From contig CAZQQS010000021.1 of assembly GCA_964595665.1 (NCBI GenBank), positions 1-8,713 on the forward strand: a stretch of DNA of 8,713 nt, read 5' to 3'. Numbering within the stretch: position 1 is the first letter of the stretch; the number at the start of each line of letters is the position of its first letter. The notes beneath the pieces are model-generated. The model worked only from the letters and a program-made list of their open reading frames with translations, made no database searches and was not told the origin of the DNA. Position numbers and translations under genes: made by a program. Shown piece after piece: positions 5,290 through 8,713 of the stretch. This DNA is from an uncultured archaeon (GTDB lineage Archaea > Iainarchaeota > Iainarchaeia > Iainarchaeales > 0-14-0-20-30-16).

Positions 5290-6213
5290 TTATAAATTTA
5301 GTTTATCACAAACATATGTAAATATTAATGGATAAATAATACTTGCATCACCATTGACAGTAACTGCATCACTATTTGATTTTATTTTACCCCATGATTT
5401 TGCTTCATTAGTTGTAGATCCAGAAGCACTTCCTGATTCAGCTCTTGCTGTTGTAATGTAAACCGCATAATCCATACCTCCAGATATTGTTGAAGATAAT
5501 ATTGCATAATGTTTAGAAACACCGCCTCCTAAAGCGATAATTCCTTTTTGATCATCTCTTGTTACTTGGAATACTAAATCTTTAAAATCATTTATAACAT
5601 CAATTTGAAAATCTGAATATTTATTTTTGAATAAGAAAAATTGGAATCCTAAAGAGCCATCAGTTATTGCTGGATTATAAATTGGAATATTGTTTTTTGC
5701 TGCTTGATATAAAAATGAATTTTTATCATTTAAAGTTAATCCTAACTCTTTTAAAAAATCAGGAGTTTTCCAAACTTTTTGTTTTTTATATATCTCATTT
5801 AAGAATTTTTGCATGTATGCTTCAAATTTTTCATAACTTTGGTTTGTTACATATATATTACCAATTCTATTAATTCCTTTTTCATGTAATTCTACATCGT
5901 CTGCATTAAATGAACCTAAAATAAACTTTTCTTTTAAAGCTTTCATAATATCTTCTTCTATAGCTCCAGTTGTTGTTATAACTATGTCTGCTAAGCCTTT
6001 TTCAATAGTTTGAGCGAATATACCTCTTAATCCAGAAGATGCCATGTTAGATGTAAAAGTTAAATATATTTTAGCACCACTTTTTTTCATTTTAACAATT
6101 ATTTCTGCAGCTTTCTTTAGATTTGAAGCTTGTAATCCTGAGTTATCATATTGTTCAATTAAATCTTTTACTGTAATATTTTTGCTATAATTAACATCTT
6201 TAATAAAGTCCAT
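5290..6213 (-). CDS. dys: Deoxyhypusine synthase
   Basis: Family hallmarks are present: TFTSNMASSGLRG, TTTGAIEEDIMK, ALGGGVSKHY (compare GGGxxKH) and SGSASGSTTNEAKSWGKI, which contains the catalytic Lys of the SWGK motif. The 307-aa length is typical of archaeal DHS. Confidence 0.92.
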   Translation of the reverse strand: MDFIKDVNYSKNITVKDLIEQYDNSGLQASNLKKAAEIIVKMKKSGAKIYLTFTSNMASSGLRGIFAQTIEKGLADIVITTTGAIEEDIMKALKEKFILGSFNADDVELHEKGINRIGNIYVTNQSYEKFEAYMQKFLNEIYKKQKVWKTPDFLKELGLTLNDKNSFLYQAAKNNIPIYNPAITDGSLGFQFFLFKNKYSDFQIDVINDFKDLVFQVTRDDQKGIIALGGGVSKHYAILSSTISGGMDYAVYITTARAESGSASGSTTNEAKSWGKIKSNSDAVTVNGDASIIYPLIFTYVCDKLNL

Positions 6214-6287
6214 AAAAATCCCTATATATTTTACAACATATATACATAAATATATTGTATAATTAGTTTAATATATAAGTTTTGGTT

Positions 6288-6321
6288 AAAAAAGAATAAA
6301 AAGAGGAGCTATAAATAGCTC
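6288..6321 (-). terminator. Hairpin plus T-tracts downstream of the zinc-ribbon gene
   Basis: After the TAG stop (6321-6323) the minus strand reads GAGCTA TTTA TAGCTC (6-bp stem, 6306-6321). This is followed by CTCTTTTTATTCTTTTTT, with T5 at 6298-6302 and T6 at 6288-6293. Confidence 0.5.
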
Positions 6322-6797
6322 TATAAAAAGTCAGCACCATTAAAGTTTTTACCTTTTAATCTATTGATTAATTCTTGGTTTTTAGGTACTTTATCTGATA
6401 CTTTTCTATCGCCAATTAAATTTTCTGATTTGTTTGCTTCAGCATCAGTCATTCTAAAAGAACTTTTTCTTGGATCTTGTTGTACTTGAGCTTTTACTGG
6501 TTCTTGTATAGGCAAACTCTTTTGAACGGGTTCAATATCTTCTACTTCTTCAATTGATTCTTGTGTTGATTCAAAAGTATCTATAGGTTCTATGTCTTCA
6601 ACGGGTTCTTGTGTTCTTGATTTTATAGGTGGAGCCCATTTATTTCCAAATTTATAATTTCTTGCAATAATATTTATTGCTTGCATGTCTTTTGTTTCAG
6701 GGAATCCTTCCCAATCACATCTAGTACATTTTTTCATACCATCAGAGGTTTTTCTTAAATTTAAATTTCCACAAAAACTACAGTGTTCCCATTGCAT
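6321..6797 (-). CDS. Zinc-ribbon protein with an acidic repeat linker and a basic C-terminal tail; function unknown
   Basis: The N-terminus has C6-x2-C9...C24-x2-C27 (CSFCG...CTRCDW). The linker contains VEDIEP twice and QEPV twice. The tail is basic and ends in NFNGADFL. A GGTGA Shine-Dalgarno lies 4 nt upstream of the ATG. The stop codon is TAG. Confidence 0.7.
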   Translation of the reverse strand: MQWEHCSFCGNLNLRKTSDGMKKCTRCDWEGFPETKDMQAINIIARNYKFGNKWAPPIKSRTQEPVEDIEPIDTFESTQESIEEVEDIEPVQKSLPIQEPVKAQVQQDPRKSSFRMTDAEANKSENLIGDRKVSDKVPKNQELINRLKGKNFNGADFL

Positions 6798-6879
6798 AAT
6801 ATCACCAATTAATTATAATATACAAATAACATTGTAGTTTTTAAATAGTTTTCTATTATTTTTAGTATTTGGTGACAAA
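6798..6879. promoter_or_regulatory. Divergent promoter/RBS region between the zinc-ribbon gene and tdk
   Basis: Mirror-image TTGGTGA motifs lie at 6802-6808 (minus) and 6869-6875 (plus). Each places a GGTGA Shine-Dalgarno 4 nt from its ATG. AT-rich TATA-like elements lie between them, for example TTTTTAAATA at 6838-6847 for tdk. The exact TATA assignment is uncertain. Confidence 0.45.
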
Positions 6880-7449
6880 ATGTTTTCAAAAGGATTATTA
6901 TATGTTATTTCTGGGCCTATGTTCGCAGGTAAAACCTCAGAATTATTAAGATTTTATGATAGAACCATTTATGGGAATCAAAAGTCTATTTTGGTTAAAC
7001 CGAGTTTAGATAATAGATATTCTGATTGTGAGGTTTCAACTCATGATTCTAAAAAAAGAGAAAGTTTTGTTTTAAATAATATTGAAGATTTATCAGATAT
7101 AATTGCTAAAGAGAATCCAGAAAATGTTTTTATTGATGAAGCACAATTTTTTTCAACAAAGATTTTAAAGGTTATAGATGAATTGCGAAAGTCGGGAATA
7201 AATGTTTATTGTTCTTTATTGAATCAAACATCAGAAGGGAAAGCATTTCCATTTTTAGATAAAAAAGAAAATGTTGGTGAATTATTAGTTATGGCTGATC
7301 ATGTGAAAACTCTAAATGCTGTTTGTCCTGTTTGTGGAAGAAATGCAACAAAAACTTTCAAGTTAGAAAGTTCCGGACAAGAAGTAGATGTTGGAGGCTC
7401 TAATAAATATGAACCTCGTTGCTACGAACATTGGGAACCTAAAAAGTGA
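6880..7449 (+). CDS. tdk: Thymidine kinase (TK1-like, type II)
   Basis: P-loop GPMFAGKTSELL. Walker-B-like FIDEAQFF. C-terminal zinc/lasso element CPVCG...YEPRCYEH. The 189-aa length is typical. Confidence 0.9.
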   Translation: MFSKGLLYVISGPMFAGKTSELLRFYDRTIYGNQKSILVKPSLDNRYSDCEVSTHDSKKRESFVLNNIEDLSDIIAKENPENVFIDEAQFFSTKILKVIDELRKSGINVYCSLLNQTSEGKAFPFLDKKENVGELLVMADHVKTLNAVCPVCGRNATKTFKLESSGQEVDVGGSNKYEPRCYEHWEPKK

Positions 7450-8130
7450 TTATAAAATCGTTTTACTTTTTATTTTTAATTTTTTATCCAAATCATAAAC
7501 TATAGGCAAGCCTAAAGGAATTTCCATTTTAGGTATTTCATTGTCTGGAATTTTTTCCAAATGTTTTGTAATTGCTCTTATGCTGTTGCCGTGAGCAACA
7601 ATTAAAACGTTTTTACCATGTTGTAAATCATCAACAACATAATCTTTATAATAAGGTAAAACTCTTTTCAAAGTATCTTGTAAGCTTTCTCCTTTAGGAG
7701 GTTTAACATCAAAACTTCTTCTCCAAATTTCTACTTTTTCTTTTCCAACCTTTTTTCTTAAATCATCTTTATTTTGTCCTTGCAATTCACCATAATGTCT
7801 TTCATTAAAAGATACTGTTTTGTAAATTGGTAATTCTTTTTCAATTTTTAAATGCTTTTGCATTTGTTCTAATTCTGGATCGTCAACATGGTATATTGGA
7901 ATTCTTTTAATATCCATTTCTTCTAAAGCATAATGTAAAGTTTGTTGTGCTCTAACTAATTCAGAAGTATAAATAATATCAAAATCAATTTTTTCTTTTT
8001 TCAATTTTTTTCCAGCATTAATTGCTTGTTTAATACCTTCTTTAGATAAAGGAACATCAGTCCAACCAGTAAACAAATTTAATTTGTTCCAAATAGATTC
8101 ACCATGTCTTAACAAAACTAATTTAACCAT
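7450..8130 (-). CDS. gpmA: 2,3-bisphosphoglycerate-dependent phosphoglycerate mutase (dPGM, histidine phosphatase superfamily)
   Basis: The N-terminus LVLLRHGESIWNKLNLFTGWTDVPLS carries the RHGES/W/N/FTGW signature. YTSELVRAQQT is present, as is the second catalytic His in VAHGNSIRAI. An AAGGTG Shine-Dalgarno lies at 8137-8142. Confidence 0.9.
   Translation of the reverse strand: MVKLVLLRHGESIWNKLNLFTGWTDVPLSKEGIKQAINAGKKLKKEKIDFDIIYTSELVRAQQTLHYALEEMDIKRIPIYHVDDPELEQMQKHLKIEKELPIYKTVSFNERHYGELQGQNKDDLRKKVGKEKVEIWRRSFDVKPPKGESLQDTLKRVLPYYKDYVVDDLQHGKNVLIVAHGNSIRAITKHLEKIPDNEIPKMEIPLGLPIVYDLDKKLKIKSKTIL
7461..7485 (+). terminator. Cluster of T4-T6 tracts downstream of tdk, lying inside the C-terminal codons of the convergent gpmA
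   Basis: After the TGA stop (7447-7449) come T4 at 7461-7464, T5 at 7467-7471, T5 at 7473-7477 and T6 at 7480-7485. On the minus strand these bases encode the Lys-rich gpmA tail KKLKIKSK. Confidence 0.35.
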
Positions 8131-8182
8131 AAATTACACCTTAATTATTCTAATGTAATAAAGATAAGGATATTTATATATT
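8131..8182 (-). promoter_or_regulatory. gpmA promoter/RBS spacer
   Basis: The minus strand reads AAAATATATAAATA (about 8171-8184), then ~25 nt, then AAGGTG (8137-8142), then 6 nt, then the ATG (8128-8130). The spacing fits an archaeal TATA, a TSS and a short Shine-Dalgarno leader. Confidence 0.45.
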
Positions 8183-8623
8183 TTACTTTAATTTTAGTTT
8201 TTCCCATTTCTCAATAGGGCCTTTGATTATTGTAAATAGAGGATTACATTCTATATTTTTAGTATCTTTTATTCTTTTGTAATCTTCTGGAGATCTTTCT
8301 TTTAATTTTCTTAATAAATGTTGGAATTCACATTCTAATTGTTTGTCTGTTACAGTTATTGTTTTTGTATTAACCATATTTAGATTTACTTTAGTTTTAT
8401 CAAAATTATATTTTCTTTTAATTGATTCTTCCAACACATAAGATAAATAAACATTAATTGCAATTAGGGGGCTCTTTAAGATTTTAAATCTACTTAATTG
8501 AGGATGTTCCCTATAGCCTTTAGTTTTATTTTCTAAAACATTTTTTGCTAATAATGACTCGCGCCATAAAGCAATTAAACCAATAGAATCTAAATATTTT
8601 GGATGAATACTCCATAAGCGCAT
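8183..8623 (-). CDS. Pyrimidine-dimer DNA glycosylase / endonuclease V-like (Pyr_excise family)
   Basis: MRLWSIHPKYLDSIGLIALWRESLLAKNVL...GYREHPQLSRF matches my recollection of the conserved N-terminus of this family (MRLWSLHP.YLD..GLVALWREALLA...GY..HPQ). I place the start at the second ATG (8621-8623). That gives the family-typical MRLWS N-terminus and a TGATC anti-16S match 3 nt upstream. The ORF-track start at 8632 would add MIF. Confidence 0.78.
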   Translation of the reverse strand: MRLWSIHPKYLDSIGLIALWRESLLAKNVLENKTKGYREHPQLSRFKILKSPLIAINVYLSYVLEESIKRKYNFDKTKVNLNMVNTKTITVTDKQLECEFQHLLRKLKERSPEDYKRIKDTKNIECNPLFTIIKGPIEKWEKLKLK

Positions 8624-8632
8624 AAAGATCAT

Positions 8633-8678
8633 TAAAAATCTTAAAAGAATCGGAAAGAATTATTTTAATTCTTTTCCG
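8633..8678 (-). terminator. Bulged 11-bp hairpin plus T-tracts between the ferredoxin-like gene and the glycosylase gene
   Basis: On the minus strand, CGGAAAAGAATT-AAAAT-AATTCTTTCCG (8651-8678) has GC-clamped ends and one bulged A. It overlaps the upstream gene's last codons and its TAA stop. It is followed by ATTCTTTTAAGATTTTTAATG. Confidence 0.4.
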
Positions 8679-8713
8679 TTTTCATCTTTAATTTTAATAC
8701 AATTAACAGGACA
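8660..8713 (-). CDS. 3' end (17 codons) of a gene entering from the right edge; the C-terminus resembles a 4Fe-4S ferredoxin-type domain
   Basis: The minus-strand frame starting at 8713 reads CPVNCIKIKDENGKELK followed by TAA (8660-8662). CP-V-x-x-I is the typical end of a CxxCxxCxxxCP cluster motif. This is very short, so it is only a weak call. Confidence 0.35.
   Translation of the reverse strand, partial: CPVNCIKIKDENGKELK

Noticed and set aside
5667-5873. 68-aa plus-strand ORF antisense to deoxyhypusine synthase
   Set aside because: It is embedded antisense in a strongly supported gene. Its composition is low-complexity and hydrophobic, and it has no translation signals.
6477-6611. Repetitive DNA inside the zinc-ribbon gene, read as a possible minisatellite or CRISPR-like array
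   Set aside because: The repeats are short (12-18 nt), degenerate at synonymous sites, irregularly spaced and in frame within an intact ORF. They are peptide repeats, not a repeat-spacer array.
6802-6875. Inverted repeat TCACCAA ... TTGGTGA in the divergent spacer, read as a possible operator or palindromic regulator site
   Set aside because: Each arm sits exactly 4 nt upstream of its own start codon and contains GGTGA. The same motif precedes speB and gpmA. It is most simply explained as two Shine-Dalgarno sequences facing opposite directions.
1-8713. Recoded genetic code, or a defence or mobile-element island
   Set aside because: TAA, TAG and TGA all terminate well-supported genes at the expected lengths, and Trp is encoded by TGG, so the code is standard. 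No integrase, transposase, Cas, restriction-modification, toxin-antitoxin or nuclease-NTPase pairs are recognisable. The only mobility hint is the 18-nt tRNA repeat, reported separately.

Overview
This is a visibly AT-rich, very gene-dense window with 11 complete or partial protein genes, 2 tRNAs and almost no spacer. I did not compute an exact GC value. Several signals point to a small-genome archaeon, possibly DPANN-like; this is inference, not a database result. The signals are deoxyhypusine synthase, a RIO/Bud32-like mini-kinase, a zinc-ribbon protein, TATA-like boxes 25-32 nt upstream of both tRNAs, GGTGA-type Shine-Dalgarno motifs, and tRNAs without encoded CCA. Left to right the window holds: a 5'-truncated M50/site-2 protease; an 18-nt duplicated tRNA 3' end with a GC-rich 96-nt spacer; tRNA-Arg(CCU); an atypical kinase-like gene; tRNA-Gly(CCC); an MFS transporter; a minus-strand operon of deoxyhypusine synthase, a mini ODC/ADC-like PLP decarboxylase and agmatinase; a zinc-ribbon protein with an acidic repeat linker; thymidine kinase; dPGM-type phosphoglycerate mutase; a pyrimidine-dimer DNA glycosylase; and the last 17 codons of a ferredoxin-like gene. 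All three stop codons are used, so the standard code applies. I see no CRISPR array, transposase, integrase, toxin-antitoxin pair or recognisable defence gene, and I cannot claim a clearly novel multi-gene system. The best leads are: (1) the hypusination/polyamine operon, which lacks a spermidine step and whose decarboxylase lacks the family's catalytic Cys; (2) the tRNA-Arg att-like duplication enclosing a structured GC-rich element; (3) the orphan kinase-like gene between two tRNAs; (4) two convergent gene pairs with zero spacer (TGA|TTA), where lysine-rich coding tails double as the partner gene's oligo-T terminator.
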